This document shows, piece by piece, positions 54,831 through 64,000 of a stretch of 64,000 nt of DNA; the stretch's first letter is position 1, and each line of letters starts with the position of its first letter. The notes beneath the pieces are model-generated. The model made no database searches. It saw nothing but the letters and a program-made list of their open reading frames with translations, and had not been told where the DNA came from. The translations under genes and the position numbers were made by a program. Where the stretch lies: positions 310,001 to 374,000 of the IMG/VR virus record IMGVR_UViG_3300036766_002289. One strand, written 5' to 3'.

Positions 54831-56453
54831 TTAGCAAACTGGTTGACTTTTCGTCCTAGTATTAAACCCGAATTTAACAGTTTGTCCAGAACTAATCGAG
54901 GAAATTCCGCAACCATTTACCTTAATTGTTGCATCTGGAGTGGGGCTGGTGGTTTGACCTGTGGGACTACAAGTCGGTTTTTTGTTTTTGTTTCCACAAC
55001 CGCAACCCGCATTATTTTCGGATTTCCAACATCTATTGAATTCTGGTTGACCAGGATTTAGGCAATTATTAATAAAACAACTACAGAAATACCTTCTTGT
55101 CAAATGTCCTTGGTCAACTTCAAATGGTTTATTTATCAAATGTCCTTGGTCATCGACTTCAATGGACGCTGATTTATCGTGCCTAATCATATCTTTTTCT
55201 TTTAGAAAATCAACACAACTATTTGCATGATCCATCAATTCCATTTTAGAAAAACTTATTATTTCGATACATTCACCATTTGCATCAAACTCATAATAAG
55301 TATCATTGGGTGCATGGACTGTGAAATTCGACATTGTTAGAACTTCAACATTCTTATTAACTACTACGGAAACATCTGGGTGTTCAGTTATCTCATCAGT
55401 CGCGGCACACATTGCCTTGAAAGTAGTTAAATCCATACTGGTTGCTGGACGAATAGACTGACGGAGTACGCCTCTTTTGATAAATACATCATTCATTAGT
55501 TGATTATACCTAGAACTATTCATCTTATCCTGCACCAGCATTGCTTTTGCAAAACTGTCATAAAAACGAATCGTCGCTGGAGCATTAGGAACAGCGTTGA
55601 AGGTGTAGTTCGTCATTACATCTCTTGCTTTCAAAAGTGCTGTTTTAGGGTCCGAAGTTTTTTTTTCTTCCTCGTAAATTGCCACAAGGGTATCATACCA
55701 CATGCCAGAAAATACACGAGAAAAACTGTGTGGTTCAGAAGTTAACTGATTATCCTTGCCATTACGTGGCAATTTTTCTGGTTCAACATAAGTAAAACTA
55801 TTATATGCGTCTCTCAAAGCAGCAGCGGAATTGCCATTAGAACCGCCCGTAAGATTATAAATAGCTCGACCTATTTCCTCTCCAAGTCTAGACATAACAC
55901 AACTTTGTGATAAATTACCACCTGTCTCTTTTAAAATATAGTCAACGGCTAAGTCGTTTTGAAGTAGGTTTAAAATCGCATGAGCGTCGGCAAAACCTTC
56001 GTGAAATCCCCAGATTTCAAAAGATTGAACATTGAACAAATCAGGACGGATAGCATCCAATAAAGCATGGCCAGTTTCATGTAAAACTATATCACTGGAA
56101 TTCGATGCATAAACCATCTGACGTAAAACAGGGTCCATCCCAAAAAAGAACCTTAAAGCAACTCTATCATAGTAAGCGTTGAATTGCTTACCTGCTCTAG
56201 GTATAACATACAAAGTGCTGGTAGATGACCATTTACTTACAGGATTTTTTAAAAATTTGGTCATCAAATTAATGGCTTGAATTACGTTATAGTAGCACTG
56301 TGCTGCCTGGTGTTCAGGAGTGTACATAGTGGTAGTGGCCCCTATATACCCTTCAACTCTAAAGTCAAATATATTAGGCTTTACTGGTAAATCTACAGGG
56401 ATTATTAGATCAGGTGTAGTCGGATCATTTATAACGTACTGAATATCTGCCAT
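54831..56453 (-). CDS. Gluzincin metallopeptidase (M4/M36-like) with Cys-rich tail
   Basis: NAYY, HETGH...HEGFAD, EPH. Confidence 0.8.
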   Translation of the reverse strand: MADIQYVINDPTTPDLIIPVDLPVKPNIFDFRVEGYIGATTTMYTPEHQAAQCYYNVIQAINLMTKFLKNPVSKWSSTSTLYVIPRAGKQFNAYYDRVALRFFFGMDPVLRQMVYASNSSDIVLHETGHALLDAIRPDLFNVQSFEIWGFHEGFADAHAILNLLQNDLAVDYILKETGGNLSQSCVMSRLGEEIGRAIYNLTGGSNGNSAAALRDAYNSFTYVEPEKLPRNGKDNQLTSEPHSFSRVFSGMWYDTLVAIYEEEKKTSDPKTALLKARDVMTNYTFNAVPNAPATIRFYDSFAKAMLVQDKMNSSRYNQLMNDVFIKRGVLRQSIRPATSMDLTTFKAMCAATDEITEHPDVSVVVNKNVEVLTMSNFTVHAPNDTYYEFDANGECIEIISFSKMELMDHANSCVDFLKEKDMIRHDKSASIEVDDQGHLINKPFEVDQGHLTRRYFCSCFINNCLNPGQPEFNRCWKSENNAGCGCGNKNKKPTCSPTGQTTSPTPDATIKVNGCGISSISSGQTVKFGFNTRTKSQPVC

Positions 56454-56478
56454 AATGAAGATATATAGTATTATTACC

Positions 56479-57060
56479 ATGCATGACAAAGAAAATATAA
56501 TCAGGACCGATAGATTAATCGAAGCTACTCGTAAAAATCTTACTGGTCTAGAAGGTAAAATTGGTCAAATATTAAAATACATGGGTGAATCAGTTATCAC
56601 TCAGGCTAGTGATTTTTACGAATCTTCAGATGCTGTTGGAACCCATATTTATGACCAACCTGAGAATGAAGATGATTTGCCAACCCAAGATATGGATACC
56701 TTGTCTAGGGAACTTGGTAGAATTTTATCTACTTTGCAATGGGGTATAAATATGGAATTAAGCTATTTGAAAGAATGCCAGATACCAATTAAACGCAGTG
56801 AATTATACACTCAATGGGTAGAAGCTGAAAAAGTCCTAACTGTTACATATAAAGGGTATGTAGTTTATAGAGAGATAGAAGGGGAATTAGAGAGTTATTT
56901 GCCAGACCCAGAATGGGAATCAGCAATTGATAGGATTTATGAATCCTGCAAAAAAATTAAGAAAGACTCTAAACCAGAAAGAGATGCGGAAAAAACTGAG
57001 CGGACCCAACAAGAAAGATTAGGTTTTATAGCTAAATTGAGGGAAAAATGGGGGATTTAG
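56479..57060 (+). CDS. Hypothetical protein
   Basis: ORF. Confidence 0.7.
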   Translation: MHDKENIIRTDRLIEATRKNLTGLEGKIGQILKYMGESVITQASDFYESSDAVGTHIYDQPENEDDLPTQDMDTLSRELGRILSTLQWGINMELSYLKECQIPIKRSELYTQWVEAEKVLTVTYKGYVVYREIEGELESYLPDPEWESAIDRIYESCKKIKKDSKPERDAEKTERTQQERLGFIAKLREKWGI

Positions 57061-57113
57061 AAGATCATAAGATTACACTGGACTTAGTATTAGATATTAA
57101 AGATGAAAAATAT

Positions 57114-57154
57114 ACCACCAAGCTGGTAATTTTAAATACCTTTAGCTTGGTGGT
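57114..57154. terminator. Hairpin between convergent genes
   Basis: ACCACCAAGCT...AGCTTGGTGGT. Confidence 0.55.
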
Positions 57155-57192
57155 CGTGGCTGTAATCAATATTTTGACGTTATGGATTCTTT

Positions 57193-57510
57193 TTAAGGGC
57201 CAGTAAACAAGTAGTCATAAAGTCTACTTCTCTTAAGAGTAGACACCTTTGGTCCCTTACTAATAATCAAGTAATCCTTTTTCATAGAAGTTCTTAATTG
57301 CTCACATCGAGCGATCTTCCTACGTAAATAAGACTTAATCGGAGCCGCATTAGGTGCCCTAATAACCTTACCTACACGGACTTCGTATCCAATAATATAA
57401 GTATCATTAGATTCTGTAATCAACACTGTTCTTTGCACTGGATGGCTATGTCCACCTTTATAATAGAATTTAGCTACAGGATAAGTATTTACTAGTTTGT
57501 AATTTTTCAT
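57193..57510 (-). CDS. Hypothetical protein, possibly WYL-like
   Basis: KFYY...RTV...IIGY...IKSY..KI. Confidence 0.5.
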   Translation of the reverse strand: MKNYKLVNTYPVAKFYYKGGHSHPVQRTVLITESNDTYIIGYEVRVGKVIRAPNAAPIKSYLRRKIARCEQLRTSMKKDYLIISKGPKVSTLKRSRLYDYLFTGP

Positions 57511-58036
57511 TTTTCGTTCCTTTCAGGTCTGTGTAAATGTCGGAGGCATATCTAATATCTGCCAACATCTTACTTGAAAATCTACAATCTGACAAGTCCA
57601 CTTCGTAAAGTAAATGATCTTTGATGAAACTAGGTACGAATTCGGGCCGTAACATCCCTTCTTCCATTTCAAACTCAGCTAAGCAAAAATAATTTTCTCG
57701 ATTATGATCTTTGAAAAAATCAATTTCCCAAAGATTTTCTTTATCATAAACGTAATATCTGACTTTTTCAAGTTTATTCATACAACGTGTCCACAGGTCA
57801 TTAAAATCACGTTCGTCCATAGGATTTTCTATTTCTACGCAGCGACCCGCTACTGTTGATTTTAAAGTTAGAAAAAAACTAGTTTTCTTGTTTTCTACTT
57901 TCCTACATCTTAATGACATGCCTTTGGTCGTGAATAAGTAACCCTGGTATATCTTGGCTTTATGATTGGCGAGCTTTTTGAATTTTTCCTCAGTTCCCAA
58001 AGTTAACACATACTTTTTTTCATTTTCAGTTGGAAT
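57470..58036 (-). CDS. CYTH-domain (triphosphate tunnel) protein, probable ATT start
   Basis: ENEKKY, IYQGYL, EIE, KVRY, WEIDFF, LAEFE. Confidence 0.8.
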   Translation of the reverse strand: MPTENEKKYVLTLGTEEKFKKLANHKAKIYQGYLFTTKGMSLRCRKVENKKTSFFLTLKSTVAGRCVEIENPMDERDFNDLWTRCMNKLEKVRYYVYDKENLWEIDFFKDHNRENYFCLAEFEMEEGMLRPEFVPSFIKDHLLYEVDLSDCRFSSKMLADIRYASDIYTDLKGTKNEKLQTSKYLSCS

Positions 58037-58238
58037 AATACACCTCCTTAAATCTCTCTATCCTCCATACCCTGTACATTTTCTCTTCTACCTAAACAGA
58101 TTCGTGGCGAACAAATCCAAAAACATTTCTTTCAAGATGGTCTTGGGCTTCAATTCTCCATTGAAACATTTATTAACGACATTGTAACACATTTTAAGTA
58201 GTTGCATATATATTTTAATTAGAAAGGAAACAAAAATT

Positions 58239-60083
58239 ATGGCAAGAAAAAATGATGAAGAATCTGTTTGGCAAGGTAAGTACAAGGATTTAAAGGCATA
58301 TTACAAAGCATCCTACAACGAAGAATACTACTATTTGACGCAATATGAGTATGAAATTGATCCAGATGAAACTATGGATGAAATTAATTCTTATGATGAG
58401 AACCGTCAACGCTTGGAATATGCGAAGTGTGCTTTAGACTTTTTCTATTTCGCGCACAAATACATCAAGATTCTTCATCCTAAAAGGGGTTTAGTTCCTT
58501 TTATATGCTACAAATATCAACATAAAGTGATTGGGGATTATGAAAAATACCGTTTCACGATGCTTTCTAAATTCCGACAGGCTGGTTTAACAACCTTGAC
58601 CGAATTATGGGGCATGTGGCGATGTATGTTTAAACTAGATCAGCAAATAGTGTTAATTTCTAAAACAGATGCTGAAGCAGTTAAAGCTGGTGAAATTATT
58701 GACCGAGCGAAGGAGCATTTGCCTAAATGGATGCAACCTTCTCCATTAGGAAAATGGAACGACCATAAAAAAGAATTCCACGAAACTGGTGGCTGCGTTA
58801 GTTTTTATTCCCCTGAACGTGCCCGTGGTCTTGCTATTACATATTTAATTGTTGATGAAGCAGCGTTTATTCCAGAAATGGATAAACATTGGAAAGCCAT
58901 ATACCCCACTCTTTCTGCTGGTGGTAATTGTATCATAGTCTCAACAGTGAATGGTTTAGGTAATTGGTATGAAAAAGCCTACCACCGAAGCCAAAGATCA
59001 GGAAAACCATTCCATTTAATTGATTTAGATTATGTACAACACCCAGAATATAATGATCCTAAATGGGTTGCTGACCAAAAGTCTCAATTGGGGCAAAAAG
59101 GCTGGATGCAAGAAGTTCTAAGAAGCTTCTTAGGGTCTGGTGAGACTTATATCCCTACTGAGGTTATGTCTGAATTGGTTTTAAGTACTCGTAATAACAT
59201 TCCAAAAAGGAAATTATTTAAAAATTGGGTCAATACAAAAATCGAAGAAGAGGACCAGCTTTTAGGGGCTGAAGATGAAGAAGTGGTTGATGTTAGCTGG
59301 CAAAATGAAGGCGCAATGTGGATTTGGCAGGAACGTAAAGAAGGTCATGAATATACAGTAGGTGTGGATACGGCGGAAGGTGTAGGCGAAGACGGTGATA
59401 ATAGTTGTATCCAGATATTTGATAATGGTAATTTGGAGCAGGTTGCAGAGTTTTATAGTAATTCTATCCCACCCTATCAACTTGCTCAGATCGTGAACGA
59501 AATTGCCATTTATTACAATCATGCTTTGGTTGTAGTAGAGAGCAATGGTTCAGGTGGTGCGGTGATAAGTAACTTGCAACATCAACTATTTTATGATAAC
59601 CTGTATTACGATGGAGCTTCAAAAAATAAAAATCCAAAGGCTGGAATTAAAGTAGGAGTGGCCAATCGTCTTACTATTTTAGAATCATTACAACAGAAAT
59701 GCATTAATAGAACGATTAAATTGAATAGCATGAGACTTGTGAAAGAATTAACTACGTTGGTCCACCATCCACAAACACAGAAAATAGCGGCGGTAAAAGG
59801 CGAACATGATGATTCAATAATGGCGGCTTGTATGGCATTATTTATACACGATACTACGACAAGAGAGATGCCAATAGGTCCATCAATCACAAACCATAAG
59901 GTCGAGCCAATGAAGGCCGTAGATTATGAAAAAATAAAGAAAGAAATCATGGAGGGGGTATCAGAAGACGACGACATACTTGAACTCAGAAGTTCTGCAT
60001 TCTCTCTCGATGAAGAAAATGCTGGAGTTGCCTTCGATTTTAGGAGAAAAAATGAAACTTTAATTAAGGAATTCGGGTGGTAA
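58239..60083 (+). CDS. terL: Terminase large subunit (T4 gp17-like)
   Basis: KFRQAGLTT, LIVDEAAF, VSTVNG, GVDTAEG, HDDSIMA. Confidence 0.93.
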   Translation: MARKNDEESVWQGKYKDLKAYYKASYNEEYYYLTQYEYEIDPDETMDEINSYDENRQRLEYAKCALDFFYFAHKYIKILHPKRGLVPFICYKYQHKVIGDYEKYRFTMLSKFRQAGLTTLTELWGMWRCMFKLDQQIVLISKTDAEAVKAGEIIDRAKEHLPKWMQPSPLGKWNDHKKEFHETGGCVSFYSPERARGLAITYLIVDEAAFIPEMDKHWKAIYPTLSAGGNCIIVSTVNGLGNWYEKAYHRSQRSGKPFHLIDLDYVQHPEYNDPKWVADQKSQLGQKGWMQEVLRSFLGSGETYIPTEVMSELVLSTRNNIPKRKLFKNWVNTKIEEEDQLLGAEDEEVVDVSWQNEGAMWIWQERKEGHEYTVGVDTAEGVGEDGDNSCIQIFDNGNLEQVAEFYSNSIPPYQLAQIVNEIAIYYNHALVVVESNGSGGAVISNLQHQLFYDNLYYDGASKNKNPKAGIKVGVANRLTILESLQQKCINRTIKLNSMRLVKELTTLVHHPQTQKIAAVKGEHDDSIMAACMALFIHDTTTREMPIGPSITNHKVEPMKAVDYEKIKKEIMEGVSEDDDILELRSSAFSLDEENAGVAFDFRRKNETLIKEFGW

Positions 60084-60084
60084 A

Positions 60085-60450
60085 ATGAAAGAGAAACAAA
60101 TATCAGATACTAAAGAGCTTTTAAAAAAAGCATATTCAGTACTCCCAAATGATTTTAGCCTAAGAGAAGTTAGATTGTCCATATATCAGGCTTTACAAAA
60201 AATTGAATTATTTGAAAGCAAGAGTGCTAAAAAACAAGAAGAACAAAGAAAACAACAAGAACAAGCAGAACTAAAACGTAGAACAGAAATGGGCATTGCC
60301 TTACCTTGGCAAACTCAGGATGTAAAACAGGCTATTAGTTTAATAGACAAAATGATAGAAGAGGAAAAAAGCAAAATAAATGTTTACAAACAAAAGCAGT
60401 CAGCTAGCCAGGAAGATAACGGCCAAGATACACAGACCTTTTACGGATAG
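60085..60450 (+). CDS. Hypothetical coiled-coil protein
   Basis: ORF in operon. Confidence 0.65.
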   Translation: MKEKQISDTKELLKKAYSVLPNDFSLREVRLSIYQALQKIELFESKSAKKQEEQRKQQEQAELKRRTEMGIALPWQTQDVKQAISLIDKMIEEEKSKINVYKQKQSASQEDNGQDTQTFYG

Positions 60451-60970
60451 AAAAGGAGTATATGATTATTCGTCGGTGCAGGTGAATTTACCAGAAGTTA
60501 TAGCGGACGAAGTTATAACTTGGGGGCGTAAAAACATAAAGGAGTCCGACCTTTTTATGCCCCCTGATGATTATTCTCACGGACGCGAAGAAGAACCCCA
60601 CGTCACCGTACTCTACGGCATACATTCATTATTACCAACTGAATCAATGAAAATTCTTGAAGGTAAGCCTTCATTCAACATAAAGCTTAAAAATGTATCA
60701 ATATTTACTGAGAATACAGTATTCGACGTTATTAAAATAGATGTAGTAAGCTTTAGCTTGGCCTATATGAACAACTTGTTGAAAGCAAGCATAGATAATA
60801 CTCAGTCTTTCAATAATTATCATCCACACGTCACCATAGCATACGTCAAAAAAGATAAATGCTCTAGTTTAGCTGAAAATAAAACTTTTAATGGCATTGG
60901 CTGGGAAGTAAATTCATTAGTATTTTCTTCTAAAGGTGGGACTAAATCACCAATTAGATTAAGTTGTTAG
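60380..60970 (+). CDS. 2H phosphoesterase (2'-5' RNA ligase-like/T4 57B-like)
   Basis: Two HxT motifs: PHVTVLYG and PHVTIAY; start uncertain. Confidence 0.85.
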   Translation: MFTNKSSQLARKITAKIHRPFTDRKGVYDYSSVQVNLPEVIADEVITWGRKNIKESDLFMPPDDYSHGREEEPHVTVLYGIHSLLPTESMKILEGKPSFNIKLKNVSIFTENTVFDVIKIDVVSFSLAYMNNLLKASIDNTQSFNNYHPHVTIAYVKKDKCSSLAENKTFNGIGWEVNSLVFSSKGGTKSPIRLSC

Positions 60971-61517
60971 TCCTGTAAATGCACAATTCATAAGCCCGCT
61001 CAGCTTTCCTAAGTAAGTCACTAGGGAGACTGAGCATTTTTTTATTATAAGGCACTTCTTCAAACACTAAATCCTCGGATATTTCGAACTTATCTTTAAG
61101 TAATCTAGCACCTTTTTGACTTGTTAAATCCTGCCAAGTTAAAAATAAACCACCCATTTCTTTGACCATCTCGTAAATTCTTCTTAATCTGAAGATATAG
61201 TAATCTACTATGTAAGAAGCATTTTTTTCATCTACAAGAACGCCTAAGCATCTCGGTTCTCTGACCAAGTAAATGAAATCACAAGTTTGGCGTACCTCTT
61301 TGTGACAAATTTGGTAATTATAAAAAACTTCGTTTATATAAATGCCGACGAAGTTGTTGAATTTATGCTCAGTAGAGGTGATATCAGTGGTCTTGGTAGG
61401 ATGATCGTAGATTATTCCTGTTTGTGACCACTGAATCTTTTTATTTTTATCCAACATTTGACACAAACTGGAACTGTTTGCGCCTAAGTGCGTTGCTACA
61501 ATTACGACTCTTTTCAT
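60954..61517 (-). CDS. Sulfotransferase-like P-loop protein (degenerate)
   Basis: IVATHLGANSSSLCQML, YLVREP. Confidence 0.45.
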   Translation of the reverse strand: MKRVVIVATHLGANSSSLCQMLDKNKKIQWSQTGIIYDHPTKTTDITSTEHKFNNFVGIYINEVFYNYQICHKEVRQTCDFIYLVREPRCLGVLVDEKNASYIVDYYIFRLRRIYEMVKEMGGLFLTWQDLTSQKGARLLKDKFEISEDLVFEEVPYNKKMLSLPSDLLRKAERAYELCIYRTNNLI

Positions 61518-62329
61518 CTATTATTCTTCCTAATATTCTCAATCTTTTCCAAAGGTCTTAAATTAGATAATGCCCAACATTCTTGAAATAGAATATCATC
61601 AAATGATTTATAAGGGAATTTTGAATGTGGGATTATATGGTCAATCTGCCAAGACTTATTCTTACTATTGTTCGCTCCACCATAGTTATCCCAATTCATC
61701 CAAGATTCCCACAGACTTTCTATATGAAATTTAAGTTCTTCCACTGTATACGGCAAATGGTCAAAAGTCTTACCACTTTTCCTACCATCCCTTTCCCGAA
61801 TAGCGTCTCTGACAGAGGTGCTAACATTATGTTGTAATCGTATTACAGGATTGGACATACGAAGTTTTCTGTATTCAGGAGTGCCCCATAAACCGTGTAT
61901 AAAATTACCGAATTTCTGCGCGCATCCGCATGAGTTGGTTTTGTTTTCTCTCAAACTAACCCCAGCTACAGATTTTTCATTACCACACTCGCATTTACAT
62001 GTCCAATAAGGTTGCCCTGATTTAATCCAATCTAATTTAATTACTATTAATTTACCATAGGTATTACCAGTTAAATCAATAAGTCTACTGCGCATGATTT
62101 CTTTTTGCTGACATCCACATGAAGTTGTCTGTCCTTTCTTCAAAGAACCACCTAAAATTATTTTCTCATTCCCACATTGGCATTTGCACAACCATTGATG
62201 CCCCTTAGTTTTTGCAGTTGGATATTTGGGGCTTGCATATTCCTTGACAGTCAGTCTCCCAAACTGTTTACCTATAAGATTTTCGAATAATTTGTTATTT
62301 GGAATTTCCATAATTACACCAGTATACAC
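61514..62329 (-). CDS. HNH homing endonuclease with two zinc-binding repeats
   Basis: G..FGRL..W.CKC.CGN...SCGC x2; WQIDHIIP...NLRPL...EN. Confidence 0.85.
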   Translation of the reverse strand: MYTGVIMEIPNNKLFENLIGKQFGRLTVKEYASPKYPTAKTKGHQWLCKCQCGNEKIILGGSLKKGQTTSCGCQQKEIMRSRLIDLTGNTYGKLIVIKLDWIKSGQPYWTCKCECGNEKSVAGVSLRENKTNSCGCAQKFGNFIHGLWGTPEYRKLRMSNPVIRLQHNVSTSVRDAIRERDGRKSGKTFDHLPYTVEELKFHIESLWESWMNWDNYGGANNSKNKSWQIDHIIPHSKFPYKSFDDILFQECWALSNLRPLEKIENIRKNNR

Positions 62330-62371
62330 TAACTATAATAAGTTATCAAGATGAAGTAAAGAGGTGCAAAA

Positions 62372-64000
62372 ATCGCATGGTATGATTTATTTAAGTTGTT
62401 CAGTTATGCTTTCACGCAAGACCCATTAGGCAAAAAGAAAGACGTTAGGGACTTTCCATCTGCGGGTGTAGGTAGTCCAGATGCAGTCCTAGACTTAAGG
62501 AATTTAGAAACTTTATCTTCGGGTGGAGCATTTGTAAGAGTTCAAAATGAACTGGTCGATATGACCAGTGCAACTAATCGTCTTAACAGATTAAAAGAAT
62601 ATGACCGCTTGGTGCTTAGTGTGCCAGAAATCGACCAAGCAATGACAGTCTTCGCAGATGAGGCTTGTGTAATTGGCAACACCCTTATTTCTACAGTTTA
62701 TCATGGTCTAAAAAGCATAGAGTGGCTTGCTAATAACAAGAAAGAAGAGAGATTTCCTGTATATTGTTACAATTTTGAAAAAGAGGACTACACCATTGGT
62801 TGGGCATATGCGCCAAGGTTTGTAAAGATAGATCAAACAGTTCAAATCGTTTTAGACAATGGAACGGTAGAAATCGTAACCCCAGACCACCAAATACTTA
62901 AAAGAGACGGAACCTGGATATGCGCTGGTGATATGAAGTTTGGAGATGAGTTAATGCCTTTTTATAGGGTAAAACCAAATCAAAATATCACTCAACAAAA
63001 AACAAATCAATTCCCAAGAATTTATACACACCGAGACGGGTGGATTCACGAACGTCAGTTTATCGAAGAATGGAGACTAGGGAAGAACCTGGAAGAATAT
63101 GACCGTGCTAATTACGCTGCAAAACTGATTGCAGGTGGTCTAAATTGGCCCAAAGTAGAAAAAATACTTGGTCATGAAATGCACATTATTCAAGCTTGGT
63201 TGCAGAAACAAGGCACTTCCTATAAAGAAATTAAACACCTTGCTAAGAATCCAGACAAAAGGCGTGTAATAGGTATTAGACCATACAAACAGTTAGCAGT
63301 ATATGACCTATCAGTAGAAGATCATAAGAATTTCTGCACTAGTTCATTAGTCATGCACAACTGCCAGAAAGACGAAAATGGGCATACGTTTAAAATCTCC
63401 TGTGCTAATAAAGAGGTTGTTGATGATTTAGAGACTTTGTTTTTTAATCGTGGTTATTTAAATTTAGATCAACAAACCATGTGGGACAAAGCAAAGAGAT
63501 TATTCATTAAGGGTGATAGTTTTTGGGAACTTGTTATCAACCCTGACAATCCTAAAGAAGGTATTTATAAGATTGCTGACTTGCCTTGTGAAACCATGTA
63601 TCGTATTGAGACAATTAAGGGTAAGGTCTTAGAATTCCAGCAGTCCAAGGAAGCCCCAGATTATCAAGCTTTGGTCAAAGCACCAATTGATACAGCAACA
63701 GAATCTGAACTACAGCAATCAACAGCAATTCGTTTCTCGCCTGAACAAATTGTTCATGTCAGAATTGGCGATTATAGAAGAACTTTTTACCCATATGGCG
63801 TGTCATTAATTGAGCCTGCCAGAGGACCAGCCCATCAGTTAAGAATGATGGAAGATGCGATGGTTATTTATAGATTAACCCGTGCGCCAGAGCGTAGAGT
63901 TTTCTATATCGACGTTGGACAATTGCCTGGATATAAAGCAGAAGCTTTTATGGATCGCATTAAGGATCAATTCCGAAAGAAAAAAGTCCCAAGACAGCAA
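62372..64000 (+). CDS. Portal protein (T4 gp20-like), intein-containing, truncated by window end
   Basis: PYGVSLIE..LRMMEDAMVIYRLTRAPERRVFYIDVG; start at ATC 62372 or TTG 62396. Confidence 0.92.
   Translation, partial: MAWYDLFKLFSYAFTQDPLGKKKDVRDFPSAGVGSPDAVLDLRNLETLSSGGAFVRVQNELVDMTSATNRLNRLKEYDRLVLSVPEIDQAMTVFADEACVIGNTLISTVYHGLKSIEWLANNKKEERFPVYCYNFEKEDYTIGWAYAPRFVKIDQTVQIVLDNGTVEIVTPDHQILKRDGTWICAGDMKFGDELMPFYRVKPNQNITQQKTNQFPRIYTHRDGWIHERQFIEEWRLGKNLEEYDRANYAAKLIAGGLNWPKVEKILGHEMHIIQAWLQKQGTSYKEIKHLAKNPDKRRVIGIRPYKQLAVYDLSVEDHKNFCTSSLVMHNCQKDENGHTFKISCANKEVVDDLETLFFNRGYLNLDQQTMWDKAKRLFIKGDSFWELVINPDNPKEGIYKIADLPCETMYRIETIKGKVLEFQQSKEAPDYQALVKAPIDTATESELQQSTAIRFSPEQIVHVRIGDYRRTFYPYGVSLIEPARGPAHQLRMMEDAMVIYRLTRAPERRVFYIDVGQLPGYKAEAFMDRIKDQFRKKKVPRQQ
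62666..63361 (+). mobile_element. Intein (232 aa) in portal
   Basis: DEA|CVIGNTLI...TPDHQIL...VYDLSVEDHKNF...MHN|CQK. Confidence 0.93.

Noticed and set aside
55098-55160. Short internal duplication (EVDDQGHL/EVDQGHL), also caattcggccagat x2 near 48162-48218
   Set aside because: In-frame micro-duplications with no sign of wider structure.
60410-60430. Possible ACG start for the 2H phosphoesterase
   Set aside because: An in-frame ATG exists at 60380, so a non-canonical start is not required.

Overview
The window looks like part of a large (jumbo-type) T4-like myophage genome in the standard genetic code, in two sharply different halves. (1) Bases 1-~6630 are GC-richer and form an array of ~25 tiny same-strand ORFs. 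Nearly every ORF is preceded by the same ~25-29 bp element (invariant core TAGTTGTAC; consensus YAYASYYTAGTTG-TAC-CAATTAGGKTGTRAT), then a GGAG ribosome-binding site. I count 22 forward copies (some truncated) and 2 inverted partial copies. The element folds on the top strand into a 10-14 bp hairpin with a TAC loop; its mismatches are almost all G-T/G-U wobbles and some changes are compensatory. One slot carries a putative structured RNA instead of an ORF. This gene-cassette array is the best candidate for an undescribed system. (2) After an AT-rich, skew-flipping junction (~6510-6880), the rest is AT-rich. It holds ClpP-like and other proteases, a CCA-adding enzyme plus an RNA-repair-type HAD phosphatase (both with T4-like capsid-targeting N-termini), a DNA methyltransferase with a nuclease, and a tape measure/baseplate cluster. 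It also holds three paralogous fibre-like proteins (one 1444 aa, with Cys-rich repeats), glycosyltransferases, an actin-like ATPase, primase, a Cas4-like nuclease, the terminase large subunit and an intein-containing portal gene that runs off the end. Recoding candidates are an A_AAA_AAG -1 frameshift in a GT2 gene and ATT/ATC starts for the CYTH and portal genes. All product calls come from motif recognition by eye; no database searches were run.
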